This document shows positions 27,502-37,381 of a stretch of 59,724 bases of DNA, piece after piece (position 1 is the first letter of the stretch; each line of letters opens with the position of its first letter). Source of the DNA: a virus (Duplodnaviria > Caudoviricetes); IMG/VR virus record IMGVR_UViG_3300037873_000022, positions 1-59,724 of that record; one strand, written 5' to 3'. Under the pieces are notes generated by a model, which made no database searches, was not told where the DNA came from, and worked only from the letters and a program-made list of their open reading frames with translations. The position numbers were made by a program, and so were the translations under genes.

Positions 27502-30500
27502 CTACTTCTCATAGACCGCACCCCAGTTGGATGCAGCCGGTGACGCGTCGGCCAGGATCGGCACCCCGCGCCACTCCCAGGTGAATGCCTCCACCACCGT
27601 GCGGCGCACGTCTTCCACCTGGTCCACCGGTACGCTCAGCACGATTTCATCGTGCACCTGAGCGCGCAGCATCGGCAGCACCTCGGGCGCCGCGTCGGCC
27701 AGCCTAAGTAGACCCTCCATCATAATGTCTCGGGCTGCACCTTGGCCCATGAGCGCCGGCCCCTGGGTGTGGGCGCGCTGCGGGTCGGGCCGCATCAACC
27801 GACCGAACCCGTTGTCCAACAGCTCCCCGGACTCGGCCAGGGCCCGTACCTCGTCCTGCCATTCGACCACCCGCGGGAACCGCTCGCGCATCGACGCGTC
27901 GAACTGCCGGACCAGCCCCGGGTCAATCTCCTCACCCTCGCTGATCGCCTTGATCCCCCGCCCGTAGTTCCACCCGTGCCCGATCGCCTTGGCCTGCTCG
28001 CGCTTACCGACGTCACCGAACAAGGCCTTAGCGATCTCCGAGTGCGGGTCTTCCTTGGTCAGCATGTCGATGTACGCGTGATCCTGGCTCAGCCCAGCCA
28101 CCCCGCGCATGTCGACCTGGGAGAGGTCTACGGCCAGAACCAGCTCTCCGGGGTCGGGCAGGAAGATCTCGCGCTCGACGTGCCGGCCGCCGCGCTTTCC
28201 GAACACAGTGAGTCCCGGCTCGGTCAGCGACCATCGCCCGGTGGCCTGTTTGAACGCCACCCGGGGGTGCACCCGGCCGTCCGGGCAGAGGCAGTCCATG
28301 GCGGTCTGGTAGACCGAGCGCGCCCCCACGATCCGGTAGACGTGCTTGGCGATCTCGCGCACGGCCGGGATGTGGTGGTACTCGCTGGCCAGGTGGCGCA
28401 TGTGCTCGCCCCCGATGGCGATCTCGCCGGTCTTCTCGGTGGTCCAGTAGGAGGTGGCGCCGGCCGCGGTGAGCGCGGTGGCCAGGGCCGCCTTCCCGGC
28501 CTTGGTGCCCAGGGGGGCGAGATACGCCTTCCCCCTGGCGTCATGGGTCGGGATGCCGTACCGGCCGGCCAGTACCTCCATGGACCGGGCCTTCCGCTGG
28601 TTGATCTCAGCGACCCGGCTCTCCAGCTCGCCCGTCCACACCCGGAACCCGTTGAGGCTGATCTGGGCAGCCAGCGCAGCCACCCGATGCTCGCGCACCA
28701 GGTACGGGGGGACCGTTCCACCGAGGTCCGACATCAGCCGGTGGTGCAGCGCGCGAGACAGCTCCACGTCCCCGACCAGGTACTCCCGGAACTCTGGATC
28801 GTCGGTGGGGATCTGGTCCCACCCGCCGTACTTTTTGGCCAGGTCCCCCAGCTTGGCTACCTTGCCACCCAGCTCGAACTTCTTGCCCAGTGTGTCCAGG
28901 TCGTACTTGCGACTGGCGTCCACCCCCTTGTCCCGGGCCATCGGCGGGTCCAGGTACCTGGCGGCCAGCAGCCCGTCAAACAGCCGACCCTGGGCGGCCA
29001 TGGCGTGAATCTCGGACATCTCCAGGTGGCCGGCGCGGACCAGCGCGGGCAGGTCGAAGGCCATCACGTTGTGGCCGGTGACCACCGCGCCGGAGCGTAC
29101 CACCGTGGCGGCCTCGCGAGCCCCGTACGGGGTGATCTTCACCGAGTCATCGTCAGATGACCATCCCGCCAGCCGGACGTACGTGGCGGGCTCGGGGTGG
29201 CGGTAGAGGTCTCCGGCGTCTCCGGTCTCAAGGTCGAAAGTCACGAGGCCAGTAGCAGTGAGGTGATCTTGGGTATCAAACGCGCTCTGGCCGCTACCGA
29301 CCTCGTGTGTCTGTGAGGGGGACCGGGGGGACTCGGGGGGAGCCTCGCTAGCGTGTTTCCCGGAAACCAACTCTTGCTCGGGCTCGGTCGGCGCCGTTGG
29401 CTCACTCTGGGTGGACTCCCCCGTTACTCCCCCCTTAAAGGTGTGTTCTTCACCCGTATTAGGTAGAGGGGGTCCCCCAGGTCCCCCCGGGTCCCCCCCG
29501 GTGGAGGACTCGTCACTCTTAGGTCGGTTGTCGGTCACTACCCGCCACAAGCTCACGTGACCGTGCACCGAGCCCACTCGCTCCATGTGCGCTCCGTCGT
29601 ACCGGCGCCCTCGCAACCGCGCGTACGCCTCCCCCAGGGCCTTGGAATAGCCCTTCTCGCTGGGGTCGTCCAGCCGGGGGGGAGCCAGGTAGCCGGCAGG
29701 GTCGGCCATCGCCTTCGACTTGACCTCAGCGGTCCGGAACGGGTTCTGGCCGAACTGCTCGGCCAGCCAGCCCAGGTGACCGGACCAATACTGGGAGTCG
29801 AAGTCGCTCTCGGAGCGCCACACGGTCAGGTTGCCCAGGAAGCCTTCCAGGCCGGCCGTGGCCACGATGCCGCCGACGATGCGCTCCCAGGTCTCGAACG
29901 ACCCGAACGAGATCGACCGGGCCGGGTACGGCTGGCCGGCGGCGAACCAGGCCCGGACCAGGGTGAGCACCGCGCGCAGAAGATCGCGCCGGTTGGCCCG
30001 GGTCCAGCTGCCCAGGTCGAGCCCGGACTGGCCCGGGTGCCGAAACGAGCTGGCAGCGCGGTCCTGGGGATCGGCGTAGGTGGGGCGCAGCGCGATCCGG
30101 TACACGCGTCGCGTGAGGTCCCCCCGGACCTGAACCTGGTTTCCGAGGGAGATCCACGTGACCTTGTTCGGGAACTCGGCCATGGTGCTCACGCCCAAGA
30201 TCCGGTCCTGCCACGTGGTGGCGGTCAGCGCCTGGGCCAGCGCAGCACCTTCGATCGTGTGGGCCTCGTCGAACACGAAGAACTCGGCCCCGGTCCGGAA
30301 GGCGGAGGTGATCTGTTTGCGCAGCTCCTCCTTCTCGTCCACGAAGTTCATCGGCCGGGCTGGTTCCCCGGTGTAGACGGTCAGGATCGAGTCGGCCAGG
30401 AGGTTCTTACCGACCCCCATCTGAAGCCCGTCGACGATCGCCAGCGGTACCCGGGGGACCAGCCCGCGGACAGCCGGCGTGACGATCAGCGCGAGCGCGT

Positions 30501-31881
30501 TGGCCCGGTCAGCGTCCGTATCAAACGGGAAGTCTCCCAGCCACTCACCCAGCAACAGCTCCCGGGCCGCTCGTACCTCGCTCTCGGTCGGGTCTTCAGG
30601 TACCTCGATCCCGGTCACCTCGGGGTCGGTCACCAGCATGGTCCGGGTGGCCTCGTCGTAGCCGGGCTCGGTGACCACCGACCCGTCCGGGCGCACGAAC
30701 GGCGCACGGGACACCCGTTCCAGCGGGGAGAACTTCTCGGCCCGGCTGAGGGTGGCCTGGATCGAGTTGGCGTCCGGCCAGGTGTAGTCGTAGGTGGTGC
30801 CCTGGGCAGTCTCGTTCTCGTTGACGGTGACCGCGGTCTCCTGGATCAGGTCCCGGCTGGCGCCCCGGTCGATCGGCACCATGGCAGCGTCTTTCAGCCG
30901 CGAGATCACCCCACCGTGGTTGAACAGCTCCCGGCCGTCCCACTTGCCGATCAGCGCGGCGGTCAGATCGTTGATGACTTCCAGCCGGTCCCGGTTGCAC
31001 ACCAGCGTCACCCGATCGGGTGAACCCGGGCTGTCCTGGTCCTTCTTCTTGGCTCGGGGTTTGGTGTCGGCGGGTCGGGCCTTGGCCGCGTCGACCACCC
31101 GGGCCAGGTACGCGGCGCGGCGACCGGGCTCCCGGCCGGCGAGCACATCGTCCAGGCCGGCCTTGCCGGAGGCAGGCAGCCGGGCGAACTTGACCGAGGC
31201 GGCCCCCTCGGTGGCCAGGGCCCCGGCGAGCCCCATCCCCGCGGCGTAGACCTCCGCATTGCCGGCGGCATCCGCGTCCAGGATCACCACCACGTCCCGG
31301 CTGTCTGCCTGGGCGAGGTCCGGGATGGGAACCCCGTCCGACTGCCAGGACCGGCAGCCGGCGATCCCGTAAACCGCCACCTCTTCGGGGGCGTAGCTGG
31401 CGGCAGCCAGGCATTGCTTTGTACCTTCCACGATCAGCATCCGGCCGCCTCTCCCGGAGGACCCTTTCCCGGGGGGCCGGACCAGCCACAACACCGGGAT
31501 CATGCCCTTGCGGAAGACATACTTCCGCGGCCGGCCGTTGGCGCTCTCGGTCGGGTTGTCCGGCCGGACCTGGTACTCCACCCGTCCGTCCATCCCGGTC
31601 CACGGGAACAGGATCGCGGGGAAGTTCGCCCACGAGTCCCACGGCTCGGGAAGCTCAGCCACATCGGACCGCTCGATCAGCGAGCGCACCCCGAGCGCGC
31701 GAGCCAGCTCCGGGTCTACAGCCTGGGCGGCCAGGTAGGACTCATGAGCCACCGAGAGGGTACCGGGCCGGTGTTCGGGCTCGATCGAGCCTTCGGTCTC
31801 GCGGAGCTGTTGCGCGAAGTCCACCAGCTCAGCGTCAGTAGCCCCACCGAACTTCTCTCCACCCGTGGTATCGTTCGTCAC
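27502..31881 (-). CDS. Primase (TOPRIM/DUF3854-like) - helicase-like ATPase - family A DNA polymerase fusion
   Basis: IVEGTK and ILDAD; GLQMGVGKN and FVFDEA; exonuclease TFDLETG and GHNVMAFDL; polymerase ATGRWS, VDLSQVDMR, REQAKAIGHGWNYG, QVHDEIV. Confidence 0.9.
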   Translation of the reverse strand: MTNDTTGGEKFGGATDAELVDFAQQLRETEGSIEPEHRPGTLSVAHESYLAAQAVDPELARALGVRSLIERSDVAELPEPWDSWANFPAILFPWTGMDGRVEYQVRPDNPTESANGRPRKYVFRKGMIPVLWLVRPPGKGSSGRGGRMLIVEGTKQCLAAASYAPEEVAVYGIAGCRSWQSDGVPIPDLAQADSRDVVVILDADAAGNAEVYAAGMGLAGALATEGAASVKFARLPASGKAGLDDVLAGREPGRRAAYLARVVDAAKARPADTKPRAKKKDQDSPGSPDRVTLVCNRDRLEVINDLTAALIGKWDGRELFNHGGVISRLKDAAMVPIDRGASRDLIQETAVTVNENETAQGTTYDYTWPDANSIQATLSRAEKFSPLERVSRAPFVRPDGSVVTEPGYDEATRTMLVTDPEVTGIEVPEDPTESEVRAARELLLGEWLGDFPFDTDADRANALALIVTPAVRGLVPRVPLAIVDGLQMGVGKNLLADSILTVYTGEPARPMNFVDEKEELRKQITSAFRTGAEFFVFDEAHTIEGAALAQALTATTWQDRILGVSTMAEFPNKVTWISLGNQVQVRGDLTRRVYRIALRPTYADPQDRAASSFRHPGQSGLDLGSWTRANRRDLLRAVLTLVRAWFAAGQPYPARSISFGSFETWERIVGGIVATAGLEGFLGNLTVWRSESDFDSQYWSGHLGWLAEQFGQNPFRTAEVKSKAMADPAGYLAPPRLDDPSEKGYSKALGEAYARLRGRRYDGAHMERVGSVHGHVSLWRVVTDNRPKSDESSTGGDPGGPGGPPLPNTGEEHTFKGGVTGESTQSEPTAPTEPEQELVSGKHASEAPPESPRSPSQTHEVGSGQSAFDTQDHLTATGLVTFDLETGDAGDLYRHPEPATYVRLAGWSSDDDSVKITPYGAREAATVVRSGAVVTGHNVMAFDLPALVRAGHLEMSEIHAMAAQGRLFDGLLAARYLDPPMARDKGVDASRKYDLDTLGKKFELGGKVAKLGDLAKKYGGWDQIPTDDPEFREYLVGDVELSRALHHRLMSDLGGTVPPYLVREHRVAALAAQISLNGFRVWTGELESRVAEINQRKARSMEVLAGRYGIPTHDARGKAYLAPLGTKAGKAALATALTAAGATSYWTTEKTGEIAIGGEHMRHLASEYHHIPAVREIAKHVYRIVGARSVYQTAMDCLCPDGRVHPRVAFKQATGRWSLTEPGLTVFGKRGGRHVEREIFLPDPGELVLAVDLSQVDMRGVAGLSQDHAYIDMLTKEDPHSEIAKALFGDVGKREQAKAIGHGWNYGRGIKAISEGEEIDPGLVRQFDASMRERFPRVVEWQDEVRALAESGELLDNGFGRLMRPDPQRAHTQGPALMGQGAARDIMMEGLLRLADAAPEVLPMLRAQVHDEIVLSVPVDQVEDVRRTVVEAFTWEWRGVPILADASPAASNWGAVYEK
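29317..29498. repeat. About 180-bp dispersed repeat, copy 1 (in replicase linker)
   Basis: 29439-29498 is identical to 49435-49494; upstream blocks also shared. Confidence 0.9.
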
Positions 31882-32056
31882 GTTCGGTCTCCATTCACAT
31901 GGTTGATCTGTTGGGGCCGGCCACCTAGCACTCCTGGTGGCCGGCCCCGGTGCCTTCTGAGCCTAGCCCCGGTCCTACTTGCGGCGCGCGTACCAGTTGG
32001 CCCAGACCATCAGGCCAGCGACCAGGGCGACCACGGCGATCCCCGCCCAGGGAAGA

Positions 32057-33265
32057 TCAGGCATCGACCGGACCCTCTTTGGCCTCCTCGACCAGCCGGG
32101 GGATGGCATTCCTGATCCCCCGGACCACCCGGATCAGGTGGTGCCAGTGCGGGTCCCCGCCGTCGCCTGGGTCGTTGTAGCCGGCCAGCGCCTCCTCGGT
32201 GTCTTCGGAGCCGGCCAGCTCGGCGATCTTCTCCCCGGCGCTATCCCAGTCGGCGAGCGCGACCTCCAGGAGCTGGATCTCGGTCTCGCGGGTCCTCAGA
32301 TCCTGGGTGGCCTTGGCTAGCAACCGGTCCCGGGCCTGGACCGACTGCTCCAGGTCATCGATCCTCGACTGTGCCTGGCTCATGGCCATTCCGTTCGCCC
32401 GAACCGACTGGCCCAGCTCGGCCACCTGGCGGTGTAGCCTAGCTGCCTCGTCCCGGGTACCGATGTGGCGCTGCTCGGCCTCGTCCAGCCGGCGCGCGTG
32501 CCGAGCGGCCCGGTGCTCGGCCGCCTGTTCTCTCGCCAGCGCCTGGGTAGCAGTCTGCTCCAGCTCAGCGATCCGAGCCTTCAGGGGGGCCGAGACCAGA
32601 TCAGCCTCTGAGGTCTGAAGGTCGCCCACCTTGCGGCACAGGGTGTCGTACAGGTCCGCGCCGGCCCCGATCCCGAACCGCTGGCGGATCTGGTCAATCA
32701 CCCGGGTCCGCTTGATGGCGTCCTGGTAATACTCCTGGATGCGGGCGTGGGCCTCGGCCAGCTCGCGCTTCAGCTCCTCCAGCTGGCGCCGGCCCTGGAA
32801 CGCCACATGGGCGTTGGGCCGACAACCGTCCACGCACACGTGCCCGGACCGGTAATGCTTCAGCTCCCGGTCCAGCGCAGCCACCTCCTCGGCCGCTTCA
32901 CGGGCCTGGCGCTCGGCGCGCTCCCGGCCGGCCACGGCGTCCGCTAGGTGACCGAGGTCTGCCATTGGCCCCTGAGCCTTCAGGGTGCGCTCGACGGACT
33001 CAGCTCGCTCGCGGGCTCGGGCTGCCTCCTGGCGGGCCTCGGCAGTCTCGTTGAACCGGCGTGCAATCCGCCGGGTCAGATCGGTGATCGTGTTGACCAG
33101 CGCCAATGCCTCGTTGGGCGCGGTCATCGCGCCGCGCCGGGCGGCAGCCTCGATCTCCTCCAGCTCCCCGGGGTTCAACCGTTGGGCAGTGCCGTACTGG
33201 GGTGTGGTCCGGCTGGCGCGGGCCTGGTCCAACGTCCGGAACCCTTCGTTGTCCACGTTGCTCAC
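32057..33265 (-). CDS. Long coiled-coil hypothetical protein
   Basis: Ala/Glu/Arg-rich heptad-like sequence. Confidence 0.7.
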   Translation of the reverse strand: MSNVDNEGFRTLDQARASRTTPQYGTAQRLNPGELEEIEAAARRGAMTAPNEALALVNTITDLTRRIARRFNETAEARQEAARARERAESVERTLKAQGPMADLGHLADAVAGRERAERQAREAAEEVAALDRELKHYRSGHVCVDGCRPNAHVAFQGRRQLEELKRELAEAHARIQEYYQDAIKRTRVIDQIRQRFGIGAGADLYDTLCRKVGDLQTSEADLVSAPLKARIAELEQTATQALAREQAAEHRAARHARRLDEAEQRHIGTRDEAARLHRQVAELGQSVRANGMAMSQAQSRIDDLEQSVQARDRLLAKATQDLRTRETEIQLLEVALADWDSAGEKIAELAGSEDTEEALAGYNDPGDGGDPHWHHLIRVVRGIRNAIPRLVEEAKEGPVDA

Positions 33266-33486
33266 AGCGACCTCCCGGCGGGGCGCCGGAAGCTGGCCTC
33301 GGTCACCGAGCGCGGTTCCGGCGCGTCGAGCGCGGCCCGCACCTCGTCCTGAGTGGCGTATCCCACCGCCACACCTTCCGGGCGGTCTTCGATCACCGCC
33401 ATGTACTCGCGAGTGTCGTTCGGCCCGAGCACCGTTCCGGGCTCGGCGTGAACGCCCTTCAGCACTCCTCGCACGTATCGCTTCAT
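33262..33486 (-). CDS. Hypothetical protein
   Basis: Start MKRYVRG with RBS GGAAGG. Confidence 0.55.
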   Translation of the reverse strand: MKRYVRGVLKGVHAEPGTVLGPNDTREYMAVIEDRPEGVAVGYATQDEVRAALDAPEPRSVTEASFRRPAGRSL

Positions 33487-33631
33487 CGGTCCAACCTTCC
33501 CTTCCATCGACGTATCCAGCTTTCTACCCGGGCGGCCCGCTTGTCGCTGGAGCAGGCCCAGGCCACGAACCCGACCGATCCGAGCACCATGGCGGACAGG
33601 GCCCAGCACGCTACCGAGGCGATGACCTGCC

Positions 33632-34549
33632 TCACCGGCCCTCCCCCAGAACCCCACCTGGCAGGTCGGTCGGGTCGGTGTCGCGCTCGGGTCGCTGGAT
33701 CGAAAGGGTCTCCAATACCTCGTCCATCAGCCAGGCCCGCGCCTCACCCTCCGGGTTCTTGTGCCGGTCCCGGTTCTCGCGGCGCCACAGTTGCTCTAGC
33801 CTGTCCCGGGGCGGCCATAGCTGGATACTGGTGAGTACCTGGTCCTCCGGCGGTTGATCGGTCGGGATACCGGCTGCCTTGAGCTGGTCCTCCAGCTCAG
33901 CCTCACGCTCCAGGCGTTCCAGCTCGTCCGGATCGACCCCAGCCCGCTCCAGGGCGCCAGCCTGGTCGGGGTTGTCGGTCTCGGGTTGCGGTCCCTCGGT
34001 TGTGTCGTACCCGACCGTGGCCAGATCCTCCTCACGCTTGCGGCGGGCGGTCTCCCGGCGACGCTCGCGGTCTTTCAGCCAGGACACGATCACGGCGGCA
34101 GCCTGGGTCAGCTCCTTGTCCAGGTCCTGGTTATCCAGGTCGGGGCGCTCGGCGGCAGCCTCCAGGACCTCCTCCAGGAGGATGTCCCACCAGGTCAAGT
34201 GCCCGTTGACCTTCAGGGCATGGCACTCCCGGCGCTGTGCATCCGCGACCTCGCCCGACCTGTCGTCATGCCAGGGCCCTAACGCCTCGATCGGCCGGGT
34301 CTCCGGGCCGGTGCCCTCCGGCCAGCTCTGGACCCCCCACTCGCGCTCCTGGCGCCCGACCTCCTTCAGGATGCCCCCGGTCACCCGGGAGCCGGCCAGC
34401 GCGTTGTCCAGGCTGTCCGCGACCTTGTTCAGGCCCTCCCGCAGCGCGCGGCCCAGCTGCTCCTGCGCCCCCCGGACATCATGGGGCGCGGGGGATGACG
34501 CGTGCGGTCGGCTCTGACCTGGTGGTACCCGACGACGCTCCTTCTTCAC
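33632..34549 (-). CDS. Protein with MazG-like nucleotide pyrophosphohydrolase domain
   Basis: WWDILLEEVLEAAAE...DKELTQAAAVIVSWL pattern; RBS GGAAGGATC. Confidence 0.6.
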   Translation of the reverse strand: MKKERRRVPPGQSRPHASSPAPHDVRGAQEQLGRALREGLNKVADSLDNALAGSRVTGGILKEVGRQEREWGVQSWPEGTGPETRPIEALGPWHDDRSGEVADAQRRECHALKVNGHLTWWDILLEEVLEAAAERPDLDNQDLDKELTQAAAVIVSWLKDRERRRETARRKREEDLATVGYDTTEGPQPETDNPDQAGALERAGVDPDELERLEREAELEDQLKAAGIPTDQPPEDQVLTSIQLWPPRDRLEQLWRRENRDRHKNPEGEARAWLMDEVLETLSIQRPERDTDPTDLPGGVLGEGR

Positions 34550-34610
34550 GATCTCGATCCTTCCTGTTGGGGGGACCGGGGGGACCTTAAGTCCCCCCGG
34601 TCACGTCACT

Positions 34611-34640
34611 ACTTTACAGCCATGGCGTCCAGGTTGTCAA
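34611..34640 (-). promoter_or_regulatory. Early promoter
   Basis: TTGACA-N18-TAAAGT. Confidence 0.7.
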
Positions 34641-36295
34641 CCTGCCTCGACCATCCGCCGCACCGCGCGCCGGCCCTGAATCCTGGTGATCAGGTCAGCC
34701 GCGTCGCCGCGGGTCCGCACCCGGTCCAGCTTCTCAGCCGGGAAGCCCTCGCGGACCAGCCGGGAGAGCTGGAGGTCCGAGACCGGGGACTTCAGCCACC
34801 GCGCGTCGCGCTCCACCAGCTTCTGGAAGGCTTTCGCCCGGTCCTCCCCGATGCCCTGCGCCCACTCGGCCGGGAGCTGCTGGTGGAGCACCTGGACCCG
34901 CCCGTTGGTGTACGCGCCCAGCTTCCAGGTGTCGACCCCGGCCGGGACCATCACCACTACCTCCTTGCCGGCGCCCAGGCACCAGGCGTCCCCGACCGGC
35001 AGCCAGCGGAGCCGGGAGGAGGCGAACACGTCCACCTTGGCGGTCTTGCCGGCGCGGCACGTCTCGTGGCGGGTGTCGCCATCCTGGATCAGCTCCAGGG
35101 GCAGGGGGCGGGAGCAGAGCCGGCAGCGGTGCGCCGGGTCCTGGCACGGGCCACCGCACGCGGCACAGACCCGACCCTCCCCCGGCTCCTTGGGCGGCCC
35201 GGCCGGATTGTCCATCTCCAGCCCGAGGTCTACCACGGCTACCAGGTCGTGGCGCTCGCTGACGCCGGTCACGTCCAAAACCAACAGGTCCCGCTTACCC
35301 GGGTAGATCCGGGTCCCCCGGCCCACCATCTGGACATAGAGCCCGTGGAACTTGGTCGGGCGGGCCACCGCTACGCACTCGATCGAAGGCTCATCGAACC
35401 CCTCGGTCAGCACTGCACAGTTGCATACGACCTGGGTCTCCCCGGTGTGCAGCCGCTTCAGGATCAGCCGGCGCTCTTCGGTGGGGGTGGTCCCGTCCAG
35501 GTGCTCGGCCCGGATGCCGCGCTCACACAGCGCGCGGGCCAGGTGCCGGGAGGTCTCGATGGTGGGGGTGAACGCGACCCCCTTGCGATCCTTGGCGAAC
35601 TTCACGTAGGCGTCGGCGATCTCCTCGATGGCCCCGGAAGCCTCCAGCGCTCCACCCAGCGACCCATCCTGGTAGTCGCCCCCGGTGACCCGCACGTCGT
35701 CCAGGTCCATCGAAGTCTGGACGGTCTGGCCCTGGATCGGGCACAGGTACCCCTGGTAGATCATCTCGCGGATTGACTTATAAGAGACAACCTGCTCCCA
35801 AACGCCCAGCGACTTCCCATCGCGCTCGGGGGTGGCGGTGAACCCGGCGGTCAGCGGGCCGTACGGGGAGAACGAGCCCAGGGTGGTGAGGATCTTGGTC
35901 CAGCTCGGGGCGGGGGCGTGGTGGGCCTCGTCCACGATCACGGTTTCCACCGGGCCGGCCGCCAGCAGCGCGGCCAGCCGCGCGTCACGCTGGAGGGTCT
36001 GGACCGAGCCCACGATCACCTCCGCGTCCACCTCGTTTCGCTCGGCCTTCACGATGCCGGTCCGCAGCTCGGGCGCGATCATGGCCAGCTTGTCCACCGT
36101 CTGGCCGGCCAGCTCGTCCCGGTGGACCAGCACCAGCGCCCGGCCGACACTGGCTCGCTGAGCGATCAGGTGGGAGAAGGTGACGGTCTTGCCGGTGCCG
36201 GTCGGGTGGACCACCAGCGGCCGGCGCACCCCGGCGCGGTCAGCGGCGGTTACCGCCTCGATGGCCTCGGTCTGGTAGTCGCGTAGTCCCAACAT
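34637..36295 (-). CDS. SF2 DEAH-box helicase
   Basis: LRDYQ, PTGTGKT, VDEAHH, TATP, LTEGFD, QMVGRGTR; start ATG 36295. Confidence 0.92.
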   Translation of the reverse strand: MLGLRDYQTEAIEAVTAADRAGVRRPLVVHPTGTGKTVTFSHLIAQRASVGRALVLVHRDELAGQTVDKLAMIAPELRTGIVKAERNEVDAEVIVGSVQTLQRDARLAALLAAGPVETVIVDEAHHAPAPSWTKILTTLGSFSPYGPLTAGFTATPERDGKSLGVWEQVVSYKSIREMIYQGYLCPIQGQTVQTSMDLDDVRVTGGDYQDGSLGGALEASGAIEEIADAYVKFAKDRKGVAFTPTIETSRHLARALCERGIRAEHLDGTTPTEERRLILKRLHTGETQVVCNCAVLTEGFDEPSIECVAVARPTKFHGLYVQMVGRGTRIYPGKRDLLVLDVTGVSERHDLVAVVDLGLEMDNPAGPPKEPGEGRVCAACGGPCQDPAHRCRLCSRPLPLELIQDGDTRHETCRAGKTAKVDVFASSRLRWLPVGDAWCLGAGKEVVVMVPAGVDTWKLGAYTNGRVQVLHQQLPAEWAQGIGEDRAKAFQKLVERDARWLKSPVSDLQLSRLVREGFPAEKLDRVRTRGDAADLITRIQGRRAVRRMVEAG

Positions 36296-36666
36296 CAGTG
36301 GTGCCCCCGCTCCACCATGACTGAGAAGTTCCGGTACTCCTGGCCAGCGTGCCGGCCGTGCTGGATCGTCTTGTGACCCAGGTAGGACACCCTCATCCGG
36401 TCCCCCACCTTCGGCACCTGCTCCAGCAGCGCCCGAGCTAGAACCATCCCGGACCCGATCACCCGGACCCGGCGGAAACCTCCGATCCATAGATCCACGA
36501 ACGGGATCACGCTGCCGAACTGGTTCGGGTACTCACCAGTGCGCAGCACCACGCCGGAGATGGTGGCCAGCTCAGTATTGGGGTTCCAGGTCTCCTCGGG
36601 AACTCCCTCGGTGAGCTGGCGAACGGCGCACATCAGGCAGTCCGGGACGGTCATCGTCTGGTCCAT
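36295..36666 (-). CDS. OB-fold-like putative ssDNA-binding protein (paralog B)
   Basis: Aligns by eye with 37382..37876; RBS GGAAGGATC. Confidence 0.55.
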   Translation of the reverse strand: MDQTMTVPDCLMCAVRQLTEGVPEETWNPNTELATISGVVLRTGEYPNQFGSVIPFVDLWIGGFRRVRVIGSGMVLARALLEQVPKVGDRMRVSYLGHKTIQHGRHAGQEYRNFSVMVERGHH

Positions 36667-36703
36667 GGTCTTGATCCTTCCTGTTCGGCTTCCTTCCGGA
36701 CCT

Positions 36704-36732
36704 ACCTTACAGGCGTACCGGGGAAGTGTCAA
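36704..36732 (-). promoter_or_regulatory. Early promoter
   Basis: TTGACA-N17-TAAGGT. Confidence 0.75.
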
Positions 36733-36938
36733 GCCTCCGGAGCCGGCACCGGCAGCCCATCCGGACCGCGTACCTGCCCCGGTCCAACCGGCCAGCCGTA
36801 CTTAGACACATAGCTCTCGGAGTCCATCCGAACGGGGTTCATGCGCGCGTCCTCCGGGTCTTCACCCCAGGTCCACCGGCCATCCGGCAGCCGCCACACC
36901 CGGTCTCCGGCCTCGTCGGTACCCAGGTACACGATCAT
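36729..36938 (-). CDS. Small hypothetical protein
   Basis: Start MIVYLG coupled to upstream stop. Confidence 0.5.
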   Translation of the reverse strand: MIVYLGTDEAGDRVWRLPDGRWTWGEDPEDARMNPVRMDSESYVSKYGWPVGPGQVRGPDGLPVPAPEA

Positions 36939-37300
36939 CAGTGCTCGCCAGGAGCCAGGTCCAGAACGCCCTCGCCGCGGGCCACCACGTGTAGGGACGG
37001 GGGCGGGTCGTCGGCCTCGGTGCGCTCCCACAAGGGCTCCAGCCCAGTAGCCACCTTGACCCAGGCCACCTCCTTGCGCTCGTCGTCCAGCCAGCGCGCC
37101 ACCGCGCCCCAGCCGGCATCCTGGGGGACCCGGCCGGTGCCGGTGAAGTACCAACGGCCCCCCACCTTGAGCGCGACGTACGTCCAGATCTTCGACCCGG
37201 CGAAAGTGGGCTCCTCCCCCGGGTCCATCCGGATGAACCGGATTCCGAACAGGAGGACCGTGCCGTCCGCCACGATCTTATCGTCAAGCTTGAATATCAT
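36938..37300 (-). CDS. Hypothetical protein
   Basis: RBS AAAGGAGG; WTYVALKVGGRWYFTG. Confidence 0.7.
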   Translation of the reverse strand: MIFKLDDKIVADGTVLLFGIRFIRMDPGEEPTFAGSKIWTYVALKVGGRWYFTGTGRVPQDAGWGAVARWLDDERKEVAWVKVATGLEPLWERTEADDPPPSLHVVARGEGVLDLAPGEH

Positions 37301-37381
37301 GATCGACTCCCCTCCTTTCTAGGTCCGATGCGGAAGAAAACGGGACCGACCCCCGTGGCGCCGGTCCCGTTCCCTACCGTC

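Noticed and set aside
22604-31023. Long plus-strand ORFs opposite terL and the replicase (also 6396-7583, 9199-10146, 34502-35776, 41545-42900, 47947-49458)
   Set aside because: High-GC antisense shadow ORFs with no recognisable motifs, unlike 10569-11303.
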